From assembly GCA_040954595.2 (NCBI GenBank), contig CM082594.2, positions 9,069,612 to 9,133,611 on the forward strand: a stretch of 64,000 bases of DNA. The letters are read 5' to 3'. The notes under the pieces are model-generated. The model saw nothing but the letters and a program-made list of their open reading frames with translations. It had not been told where the DNA came from and did no database searches. Shown here in pieces: positions 34,392-45,879 of the stretch (positions are counted from its first letter, which is position 1; the number at the start of each line of letters is the position of its first letter). Origin of the DNA: Balanoglossus misakiensis. Taxonomy: Eukaryota; Animalia; Hemichordata. Position numbers and translations under genes: made by a program.

Positions 34392-37300
34392 TCAAAAACG
34401 AAATCTCTGACGTTGGTCGAAATAATTCTGCTGTTCATCCAAATAAGACTCTTCATCTGTCTGTTGCAACCGGTCCCTGGTACGGTCGATCACTACCTTT
34501 GCAAGAAAGCGTTGCAGGCTGGGAGGTAGAATCCTTGACAAGATACTGGCGTCCCCTTCTCTTGGATCTGAAAACGAAGCAGAGGATAAATACGAGTGAA
34601 ACTGTGGCGAAGGGTTGAACCCGAAACGTCGTGCTTTTTCAGTATCCGCCTATAACTGGCGTTTTATTCCCACTTGTCGGTCAATATGGTTTTATTTGAA
34701 CGACTTTGCAGTTTTAACCTTTGCTTGCAAGATTTCTAACTCTCGTGACAGCCTCAGTTTGTTTTATCTGAAAACGTGTGAGCGTAAATACACCCTCAGC
34801 AGTTGTATACCTTCCCTGAGCTGACACACACCCCCACACACAATATTCAATATTCGACCTGTATAAATATTTGACACCTGCAAATTAACTGCACACCGCT
34901 GTCGGTTGTCAATCGCACCTGATCCAGTGTAAGAGCTGACGAAGAACTTTCGGCTTAATATGCAAATGATATTCAAATGTGACCGAGGAAGTGTGTCAGG
35001 AAGCGACGGGTCTGATGAAAAGGGTTGTCGGGGCAACCACCAAGATAAGATGTCGGTTCCCAGACTGAGCAGTCAAATTCTTTCTAACGAGGATGTCAAT
35101 TGACCATCTTTTTCTTCGTGTCATCTGATTGTCTCTGCTCGAGTTTGAAATTATATTCACTTAGACACAGGAATCTATAGTAAAAGTCTATCAAGTTCAT
35201 ACTTTGCCATTTTCTATTTAAAAGGTACATGAGCCAAATCGAAAAAAAAAATCAATTCATACAAACCTCACAATTTCTAAGATCGTTTATTGTACATAAT
35301 AATGACACGGATAGTATTGACCGTGCTACGTGTATCATCGTGAAGCTGCCAATACAAATGTCTAAACAGGAAGCTGATAGGGTTAATGTTTAGAGTCATC
35401 GATAAAGTACCTTGCTGCGAGGTAAGAGCTGTTGTATGTGGTGTTGCTAATTTTGGTCTAGGCATGGACCCTGTTAATAGACAGTATTGATAATTCTATC
35501 GATTGCAGTCTGAACAATTTTAGCTGAAATGTCACAGACATAGTCTCGTGTCAAGAAGCTCCCTCTCCCCCCAGTCCCCCTCTCTAACTGACGTTTCATC
35601 ATATAAGAACTAAAATTTCCAGACAAATGTTGATTTTCATTTCATCGGAGAATACTTCTATAGTAATAAGCTGAATGATCAGCCGCGGACTCAAATGTCA
35701 AAGGTTTATGACTGATAGTATTTGCGATCAAACCTCAAGTCTGACACATGTAAAGTCGATGTTTGGTCGCCATAAAATCGACCACATGAACTTAATTGAA
35801 CATTTTCAATAACGTCTGTTGTCCATAGGACTTAGATTGTTGTACCATGAAGAGATATAGTTTCTGTTAGACAACATACATTCTCCCAAGATGCACTGTA
35901 ATATACTCTTGTGAAACGTCAGAATTAGGCGTCTGCTGATATTGCATGACCAAGGGCATGTTGGTCGCATTGGGGTTTCATGACAGATTTCACAATTTGA
36001 AGGATATGACTAATTGTGCTATGTGAAATTGACTGATTTGACACCAGCCATTATTATTATTATTTTCATCAAAAGGTTACCCGAAATTGATGGGGTCAAA
36101 ATTTGCATTCTAAACCAAAGCTTATCCAAATAACAATTATGTTTCTTGAAATTACACTAGAATTATTGAATTGAATCATATATCTTTTCTGGCATATTTT
36201 GTTTAACTGTTCCATTTTGTTACTATGGGGAATTGTGTTTTATTCCAATAATAATTAAAAAATGGAAAATTGCCCTTTGTCAAATGATGCAAATGATCAC
36301 TACTCCTGCGAGAGATCGTAATTGGTTGCCAGAAGCAGACGCATGGATCGAAATAAAATCATTTTTCACAAAACGTAAGACGTACAACTTATAAATGACA
36401 CCCCGGTTATGACTATTAACATGAGAATTATTCCATCAACTTGTCAAGGATTAGTTGACCTATTGTTGATGGAATTTCAGCGGTTGCAATAATTGGATCT
36501 GTTTTACCGCAGCAATATACTACACCACACCACATATCACACTAAGCAGTACCATGTTACCACGTGTTTGTTTTAGACACGGGAAAAGGTCTAAACGGAA
36601 GTGGCAGCGAGAAGTGACTTAACGACGTGGCCTGAAGTGTGATTATTCTCTGTAGGTTGGTGTTAGCACCATTTGCCGTCGGCGTCAATTAAGATAATAG
36701 TTAGACTTCAAGCAAGTGATCTGTTAAATTGTTAAGTATAGCCTGAAGGATCCTAGCAATATGTGGGAGTTGTAATGGTACGTATCAGTATAAATCTGAG
36801 AGATATTTTGGACGTTTATTAATATTAAAAGATAACAAAACGCCCCAAAATGACAACGATCCAATTTCACGGACAGTTTTGGCTTTCTCGTGAATGCTTC
36901 CAACGCATTGAACATATCAGTCAAACATTTCTGCCACTGCCTAAATCATTACATATATTTCAAGAAGGACAACCTTGCCTTCATTTTGATTTACCTGCCA
37001 CGGGATATTAATGTCCGTCCAGTTATTAAAAGGTGTGTTGCAGCGTTATCGATGTCATTTCCGTTGGTAATATGTAATTGATCCCACCAAGAAACAAATA
37101 ATTTTTCGTATGTCTTACGAAACTGTCATTTTGCCATGAGATTCTGTATTTATTCTCACGGTGAAGTGTCAGTGAAATAATGAATCGGTTTTCTTATGTA
37201 TTCATATATAAACTTATTTGGTGGTGAATCTATTGCGAAACGAGCGGAGATTTGCTAAACGCAATAAGACAAAAATGTCATCATCATTTATGTTTTATTG

Positions 37301-37439
37301 TCCTACCTTGGGATCGTTTGCCTGGTCGCCTGCCGCACCATTTGGACCAGAAATCAAGACAAGGCAAGCCCATGTCCGCCGAGACAGAGGCACAGACGCA
37401 ACAACAAAGCACCAGTAAGATTAAAGTTGATCTGTGCAT
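34392..37439 (-). CDS. Putative neuropeptide/peptide-hormone precursor (102 aa, 2 coding exons)
   Basis: Exon 37439-37307 reads MHRSTLILLVLCCCVCASVSA-DMGLPCLDFWSKWCGRRPGKR-SQ and ends at donor AAG|gtagga (phase 1). It joins acceptor ttttcag| at 34567, giving DPREGDASILSRILPPSLQRFLAKVVIDRTRDRLQQTDEESYLDEQQNYFDQRQRFRF* (stop 34392-34394). Features: hydrophobic signal peptide ending V-S-A, two Cys, G-KR amidation/cleavage site, AATAAA at ~34044-34039. Confidence 0.75.
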
Positions 37440-37795
37440 AGTGTCCAAGTGAAATATCTGCAGAGAAATACGTAGACCCTGTGAAAACAAATAAAATGTG
37501 GAATAAGAACAAATAGGATATACATGTAAAACTAACTAAAACTTATTCAGTGAAAGACCCCAAATGCGAAATGTTCACACTATGGATGTCAACATCTTTA
37601 ATTGTTCAATTTAGCGTATATTTAGTCGTTTTAATTTCAAAAGTTTGCTGTTTTTCTGTATCACATTTTAGTGCAGTACAATGTACCATCTAAATTACTC
37701 AAGTCTCAGAACAGTCGGAAGACTTGTCAATTCCTCGATTTAAGAAATGATGCAACTGCAAATAAAAAAGTGCTGAATAATGCATAAGAACTTAC

Positions 37796-38003
37796 CCTCT
37801 TCCAATAATCGGATAAAGTTATAGAATGTCGACCACAGTCTCAAATTCGATGCGCCGTCCCCTGTCGGTCTTTCTTCTGTAACGGTTTTATGTTCAAATC
37901 CCTGTTCTTATAATGTCTGCGTGGTCGTTGTCCAAGTAGTGAAAGTGGGCAAGACGTCACAGTTCACGTGACCTGTGTGTCTTCCTACGTCTTTGCTGAT
38001 TGG
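37796..38003 (-). promoter_or_regulatory. Promoter and non-coding exon 1 of the neuropeptide precursor gene
   Basis: Donor AGG|gtaagt at 37795 and acceptor ttttcacag| at 37479, upstream of the ATG. TATAAG at 37912-37907, CRE-like TGACGTCT at 37959-37952, E-box TCACGTGA at 37964-37971, CCAAT at 38003-37999. Confidence 0.6.
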
Positions 38004-41000
38004 TTGAGAGCAAGTCTCTTGGAAACTGTTCTTCGCCGGTTATTTTTTACTACTGCCATATATCTTTCTGAGAATCTATTATTCTCGGTTTATGCAAATC
38101 GTTATTTCTATAAAAGGCGACTGTCTCTTAACAGGTTACGATGTGCAAAGAGTTTGAACAAAAAGAAATACTGACAAAGAAATTGATCGCAAAGTCAATC
38201 ATGTGTGTTGTAGACAAATAATCTCCAACTTGGAAACGGTTTCATGGTTGTCGCTAAGGAAGTTCCACACGCAGTAATGTGCAGCTCTGGTCGAGCATGA
38301 TGTCAATAAATATGAATACACTCGTCATCGGTGATCTCATGATGAAATACGGATTTGCACGGTCTGAAGTAAGGGTTGGAGAATTGTGTTCAGTTCTTTA
38401 ATAATTGATCAATCAATCAATCATGGAAAATTTGTACAACTGTAATTTTTCTTCCATCATGTCTTAAGAAGTTCGTTAGATGAGTTATGGTAGAAGACAC
38501 GGAAGTCTCTTCCGTCATGTGTTAAGGGGGTGTATGACTGTTATACGTGGTCACGCCTGCGTGGAGTCTAAAGCATGGATTTCTAGCGAGACTGAATCGG
38601 TAGATTTAAAACGAAAAACATCCTTGGCAATTTCCCGGACAATTCCAGATTTAGCGGGTGCAATGCGCTCTAAATAGCCTGAAGCTGTCATGTAACCAAT
38701 TTATTTCTGTCACTGGACGATCACTATACGACGATTAACCGTCTTCAGTAATTACCCCCGTAAATATGACTTCTTGCATTTGGAAAATATTAATAGGGAA
38801 ATTAAATGGGGAGTTCACATAGCGTAATTGATATTTTAACAAACCCATCTTAACGGATTAGTAATCCGATTTTATTTCTCATCCTCCCAGGTTTAGGCGT
38901 CTTTGAGGCGGGCGGAACTCTCTAAACTAGGTGGGCTCCTGAGTTGAATGGGCTAGTCAACGACTTCCCTAATACTCGAACGGGGAGGTAAGTGCCAGAG
39001 GAAATCGTCTGATATGTTGAAACTAGTGACACGTCACGTAAAAAGTAAACCAAATAGACACACAGGAACTTATGAGTCATCCATTTCTTTTGATATTTCA
39101 GTTTTCGGTACGCTACGTTTTTTGAGTGTCGTTCGCTGGCGGCTTTCCATAAAATATAAAGTCCTTAGTATCTTCACCAGTAATTACATTTCGTCTCGTC
39201 AGAGTTTTTCCTCTTCTGTAACGACAGACATAAATACACGTGAGCAACCTTCGCCTCACTGTTCATCGAATAGTGTACTAGCAGATTTAAATCGTTGTGA
39301 ATCAAAAACAACAGTTGATTCTGTTTGGAAGATCAGTAATCACTATTTAAAACTGTTCAAAGCAGTTTGTTAGAAGAGCGAAAAGAACGCCTTGAAGCTG
39401 ACTATGTCAATCAAGGACTTTAACTAATCTTGACATTTACCATTGAGAAGTTTTGAAAGTAAGGGGGATTATTTTAAACTGATCCTTCCTTTACAGGCGA
39501 TGTGTGCACCAATTTCCTTGAGCTAGTAGGCCTAATTAGGCGTGCAGCAGCATTTAGGACTGAGTGATTTTTTTAAAGCTGGTGTTTTTTATGAAAAGGT
39601 GACTGTCACAATAATTCAGCCTTGATGTTGGAAAACATGCAGTCATACAATCATTAATCTCAGCGTTTCTTCTCACACTTCCTAACAGAATGTTGCTCTC
39701 CCCGTATCCCATAGTATCCCAACTCACTCAACTTTGTCACGTGTGTGACATTCAAAATTGGACGGACATATGACGTAGTATTTAATAGCATTTAACGTCA
39801 CTGCACAGGTGTTATACGTCATCATCCAATGTTTAAAACTCGTGGTTTTATACTCCTCTGCTGTTCGTAAATCACGTCATTACTTTGTGACCGAAACTGA
39901 CGCGTTGGGAGACTTTTCATTATTCAGGGAGTTCAAAAATGGCAATGTCGTTTAGTAATTTTGATTGCCCTACCACGATTTTGGGTTTTTACGATATGAA
40001 TGAATTCGGATGAACATATATTAAATACTTGAAGGGAATACTTATTGAAACATAGCTGAGAGTTGCGTGTGCGTTTACGTCATGGCTAACCGAAAGCGAT
40101 TTTACAATTGTATGATTTTTTCATTCTGATCATTTTAGTAGTGGAAACAGTCAGGTGTGAAATAATACATTCTAATATTTAAGAGAGAATTGTCAAAAGT
40201 CGTCTCTCAGCACTGAAAATGTGAGAAAAATTAAAGACTGATTTCCAAAGCAGCAAAGTACGAAGTGGGCGGAATTCGCCTCCAAGAATGTAAAATATTA
40301 ACTACTTTTCTCCGAGTATTTTGACGTGGTATCATAAATCGTCAATATTACAATTACTCCCACTCATTACTTTAGGCTGAATACCCTTCAACCATAACAA
40401 TAATATTTTTAGTGTTTTCTAATTAACATGAACCCACAAACTTTCTTGGATCACACTTTTACAACATACATGTCAACTGTGTTTTATAGAGTAATTTTGT
40501 AAATGATAGTTCACCAAATTATGGTTAAAGGTCGCTTGTCTGATTGAATTGTAGTTGTCCATCAAGTGATTCATCAAAGTTGTCCTTTCCACGATACATC
40601 ATCACCTCCCCCATGAGATCAAAAACGTCGCAGTTCTAATTCTATCGTCGGTCTCTGTCGCAAAGCGGCCATTCTCTCGTTTAAAAGTGTCAAAAAATGG
40701 CAACCAATCGACGACCTGTGTGTTTGAGAAACGAAATGACTACAAACAAACACCGTCTTCCTTGACAAGGCAGTGCTCGTCGACAAGAACGGATTATTGT
40801 CAAAATTTATTTCTTTGCAAACATCCCGTGATGTTAATGGGAATATTAATTTCCTGTTCGGCAAGATAGTCTCAGTATAAATTGACTTTAGACCGCAAAC
40901 ATTTGCCTGACTAAATATATAAGAAATTCGTGTCAAATTAATATTAAAATATCCATAAAATATTGACGTTCTGGTTTATGTTTCTTGGGTACTCTTTGCT

Positions 41001-42923
41001 TATGGCCTTTGGTGTAGACATGAAACTTCACTGAAACTTGAATATTTCACGAGTTTATGATGATTTTGTCGTTAGCAGGGAGAAGGGGGAATTAATTGAA
41101 AACTAGGAAATATGAACGCTATTATTAATTTCGAAAAGCTTTTATTTATCCGTGCTTCTGGCCAACACAACTATACAAGATCCAAATTATAATAAGCGGC
41201 GACGTGTTCATTTGAATTTCAGAAACGCTCTTTCTGATTGGTTGGGAAAAAGTGAACAGGTGTTCGCAGATGTACGAGCGGAGCATGCTTGCCTCAGTTT
41301 TATATTGAAGAAGCAAGAGACGTCGTTTAGGGACCACGCCGTGCTTCAGGGCAGCAGAAATCTCTTTTTGACACGATTGACCGGAGAAAACTGAGCGTAT
41401 CTTCCTCAAGGATGACTTCGAATGTACCCTACTACGGAAGGAGTTCCTTTGTCTTTCCCCGTTAGACTCGAAACTGCTGAAATCGCGGAATTCTCCTGGA
41501 AAGGCTCTCCATGAGGCACCTCTTCATCACAGACAGACGAGAGAAGTGAAATTGTATCACAAAGGTGAGCGAACTATTGCATTTCAGCTTCACGTTGATC
41601 TCGTCAATGCACCGTGCTATAACACCACGACCTCTTTGAAACAGCGCTTTTTGATCTGGCGCAATATATTTTGGTGTTAGCGTAGTTTATCAAACCATAT
41701 TGGGCGACGGAGGACTGAACTACAAGCCAGCAGAGGGCGCTCTCTCGTCGCTGTACTTCACAGAGAGATCGCGTGCAGTCTTGTTTGTTGACAAGCAGAA
41801 GATTTAGACGTGTATACATTTAGAAAGAATTTGTGGTCCTTGTACCCAACTTGGGAAAAAGTTCTGAATGATGTCATAGGTCACCGGCAGGTCAGAGTGC
41901 ACCAATCTACAGACAAGACACGAACCATCATTTTTTAGGAAACAAGGTAATGTACTTTTCTTAATTTAAAAAATCTTGTTTTTCGAAAAGTGGATGAAAA
42001 TGGGGCAATCTAAGGGGTAAACACAAATACTTGGGACTCCACTGTGGAAAAGAAAATTGTTCAGCCATTTATTTTCAAACCAATCCCATGCTCAAATGCA
42101 CAGCAACTAAAATGTCCTTCCTTTACATAAAAGTAATGCTTTGATCAAGTCTTGTTAAAAGTATACATGGCTGATTTCTTCAACAAAAGTTAACATAGCA
42201 ATGGTGAAATAATAGAGCAAAAAAAAAAACTAAAAACAAACTTAGTCTGTACACAAATAACCTTTATATGAAGTTTCTAAACAAAGAAAGAATAGTACAT
42301 TGTGTCCATTCTATATTTCTTGGATAAAACATGCCATTATCACATTGAGTTTTCATGATTGGATTTCATTGTACCACAGAAAGAAGTTGGCAATTGTATA
42401 AATCTTATGTTGATTGTAAACATGATTTCAATGCATTGTCTTAAATATTCTGCATTTCAACAAGTTTATCTTTATTGTAAATATTTTATTTGTCTCTGCT
42501 GAGCTGTATTAAAATTTGGAAATGGGTTGATGCTTTTAAAAAATGTGTTACTACCATAATTCCATCATATAGGTGGCCTTTCATTAATTTTCCTTCTGGA
42601 CTCAGCATATTCTAATATAAAATGTTAATGGAAGGGAAACTGTGATAGTTCTTGCTACATTTAATGTAGTATGCATGCACCAAAGGGCCTAGTCACCAGA
42701 AGAACATGTTTTTTCACCATTTAGTTCCCATAAAAAGCTTTACATTGGCAGTTTGCAATAGTGACACTTCCACCCCCAATTTTTATTCTTAATTTTATGA
42801 GAAACCCTTTGACTTTGATTTCCAAGGCGTATTCTACCCTGTGGTTGATTTTTTACCCACAATTCAATTCTATATCCTGTCATTTCAGATGGCAAGAAGT
42901 GACACCCAGAGTCAACATCGGTG

Positions 42924-45453
42924 TTATGAAGATTCATAATTGATCACTCCATTGCTATGCGGTCGCTCTGGTTTTCTACATACAAAGAAGACGCAAGAAT
43001 ATTCATATTTCAACATATTCTTCTGGTTCTGTGTGTATGTGGATAAGACTCTTTGATTCTCCTCCTGTAAAGATAGAAACATTGACAATTATTGGAGTTA
43101 ACCATTGCTCCACTTGAATAAAGATTCCTTATAAACATGCACACATCCTGAAATATATACTTTACTGACATGTATACTTTGGAGTCAAAATACAATAAAA
43201 CTTTGACTCAGTCTCGATAACTTGTTGCCATAAATGATGCAGTAGGATGTGTTGTTTATTGATACTAACCAGAATCTCAAACCCAACATCTTTGACGATT
43301 CTCTTGACAACATCGTAACTCAACTCAAGTGATGATGCAGTAGGGACATCAGCAAAATGGTATAACAGAGGACCTGTAATAAACAACAACATACTATAAG
43401 ATTTGTCCATTAACTCATGGAAAAACAGAAATGTCTGTGTCTGTTACGAAAGGGTGAAATGTTGAACAATGTCACTTAGGCATCATGAAAGTTACTACCA
43501 CTAAGATAAAGCTCACTACTTACCTAAATTAATCCAGTATCCACCAGGCTTGAGTATTTTATAAATTGCTTCAATATAAGATATGATGTTGTGTCCTGTA
43601 TCTATGAAATAGCAAGTAGCCACACAGTTCCAGCTCTCTGTAATATAGAGCAATTATTTTACTCACAGATTCTCAGAGATTGTTTGACTATAAGCTCACT
43701 CTGATTATATATAACAGCCAATAAGTGAAACCTTACCCGGATCAGTGTAGACTTCCAAGAAATCTCCGGCTGCCATGGAGAACATGGCTGATTGTGGAAG
43801 TGTTGTTGGATCCACATCTGGAATATGTACTGGCCGGATTTGGTCTTCCTTCGTTCTGTTGTTGCAGAAGTTGTGCACCCATGGATAGATGGTTAAATAA
43901 TTCACCCCAGATGACCTTGAAAATAATGAGAATAACAACACATGGGTTAGATTGGTGCTGATATGCACAATTGGTCTTTTTCGCCAGCAAGCAACTAATT
44001 GTGAGAGACATTGAACATACCTGTTTAGGATAAAATTTGATGCAAAAAGCATATAGAGACTAATCTCGTTGCCTTGACAAGCGTAGCCCTTGCTAGCTAT
44101 TTCGTAGGCCAGCCTACCAAGTCCTGCACCAGGCACCAAAACACTAACTTCACTTGTATCACTGAAATAGACAAAGAAAAAAAAAATACTTTATGGATTA
44201 ATGAACCAAACGGGAAGAAGTATGATCAGGTATACACACCTTATACCACAATGGTTTGGTCCTAATCCATTTGTTTCAATGGTAAAGTTGGACCTCTATA
44301 CAGAGAAATGGGGGTGAAACAATGACTATTGAAAGCATGTCCCTCCTTACCACTGGTCAGCTGGAAATAGTGTGCATATCTTCTCAACGATTGGAGTGTA
44401 ACACTGGTCTCTTTCCATGCAGCCTTCTTCGGACCAATCTCTTACGCACTGCCTCAAGACTGTCTTGACTTTGTCCATGTCAAAGCCGCTAACTGGTACG
44501 GCTTGGTCTGAATCCTGCAGTAGATACCGGGTAAACCAGTGATATTGTCAGTCTAATAGTGGAGAGAAGTTTGAGATTTGACGTCAATTTTGTCAAGGTG
44601 AAGTGGGCAACATGCATGTACAGTTCAACCTGTGACTTTTGTCATGAGAAGTCTGTCCTTAATAGAGAGGAGTCCTGCTTAGAGAAGGGGTCCATAATGG
44701 CAGGTTTCACTGTATCAGAGAATGGAAATACTTTGATAACAACCAGTTTTCTGAAAGTCTGTTCTTACCACGTATACTGTTGCCTCTCCATGATTTTTAT
44801 TTTCAAACATGTCCTCAGCTCCCTCTATCATCACTTTAAAAACTTCATAATTGTGATCCATGCAGGTCCGTATTTTCCCCAGTTGTGGCAAGAAGTCAGG
44901 CAACATCTTCCGATGCCTGTCTGGAAGTTGCTGGAAATCTGTAAGCGATTTATTGACTCGCTCTGTGGCATATTTTCTAGCGTTTTTTAAAAGAGAAAAA
45001 ACAAGAGAGACTTCATAAAGTTCCATGATTTGGTAGACTTCCAATCATCATTGAGAAGACAATGTATCAAGAGTGACAGCCTGTTAGCCTGCGATCTAAC
45101 ACAGTTGTGTGAGTTTAGACAGGATGTCATAGTAGAAATGATAACCGTGAAGTTCTCTATGCATCATGATGACTCTCAAGTTTGGCAGAAAACGGTGAAA
45201 ACTTATGGACAGTGCTGACTGGAAATCTACATGTAACAGCATGCAACTTACACATACCAACCGATCGTCGAGTAACAAAACATACTTGTAGAATATCCCT
45301 GCCTAATCAATCGAGATGCAAAACTTTCCTACCCTTAAGTATAACTTAAGATGCTTACTTGTAGTATCTGAAGGCTCGCAAAACTTTCTGAAAATGCTCT
45401 CTTTCAAGTCTTTCTTCGTCGGTGTTTAGTATTTCACTTCCGCAGTGCGCCAT
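42924..45453 (-). CDS. CARNMT1: Carnosine N-methyltransferase (N2227-like family), 8 coding exons
   Basis: Approximate exons: 45453-45359 ([32 protein letters not shown]), 44976-44778, 44514-44351 ([31 protein letters not shown]), 44161-44021 ([29 protein letters not shown] motif I), 43915-43737 ([11 protein letters not shown]...[12 protein letters not shown]), 43638-43524 ([11 protein letters not shown]...PGGYWINLG), 43373-43270 (PLLYHF...LELSY), 43064-42924 ([16 protein letters not shown]...ESS*). Confidence 0.93.
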
Positions 45454-45879
45454 CTTGGATTATATGCTCATGCGCATTGCGTACTCTTGTGACCCTTGAC
45501 CTTAGAGTCTGGTCACTAGGGTCAACCTCGAGGGTCAACCCCCTGCCCCATTTCCGCCGCTGGCTGCGCTGTAATTCATTACATGCATTGAAAAATAAAC
45601 TTTTTAAAAGTTTCCCTTTAAAAACTGTCCCCATAGCTAATACTGGGCCATCTAGCTGTTCCATATAAACACATCTGTATTCTCATTACCTGTTCATATA
45701 AGAATAATAATCATCAGAACCGTGGGCGAGATTGCAGTTGTATTTGCACCATGGGGTTGAAGCTCAATCAAGTTAATGTAGACTTTTCTTGAGTAAATTT
45801 CTCTTTTTCTGTACTTCAAAGGAGGGATCTATAGGGGCAGACCTATGATCAAAATTAAAAGGTCGTTTCCCAAGAAAAA

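Noticed and set aside
36664-36685. TAGCACCATTTG, identical to the first 12 nt of miR-29
   Set aside because: The 3' half diverges and there is no convincing complementary star arm upstream.
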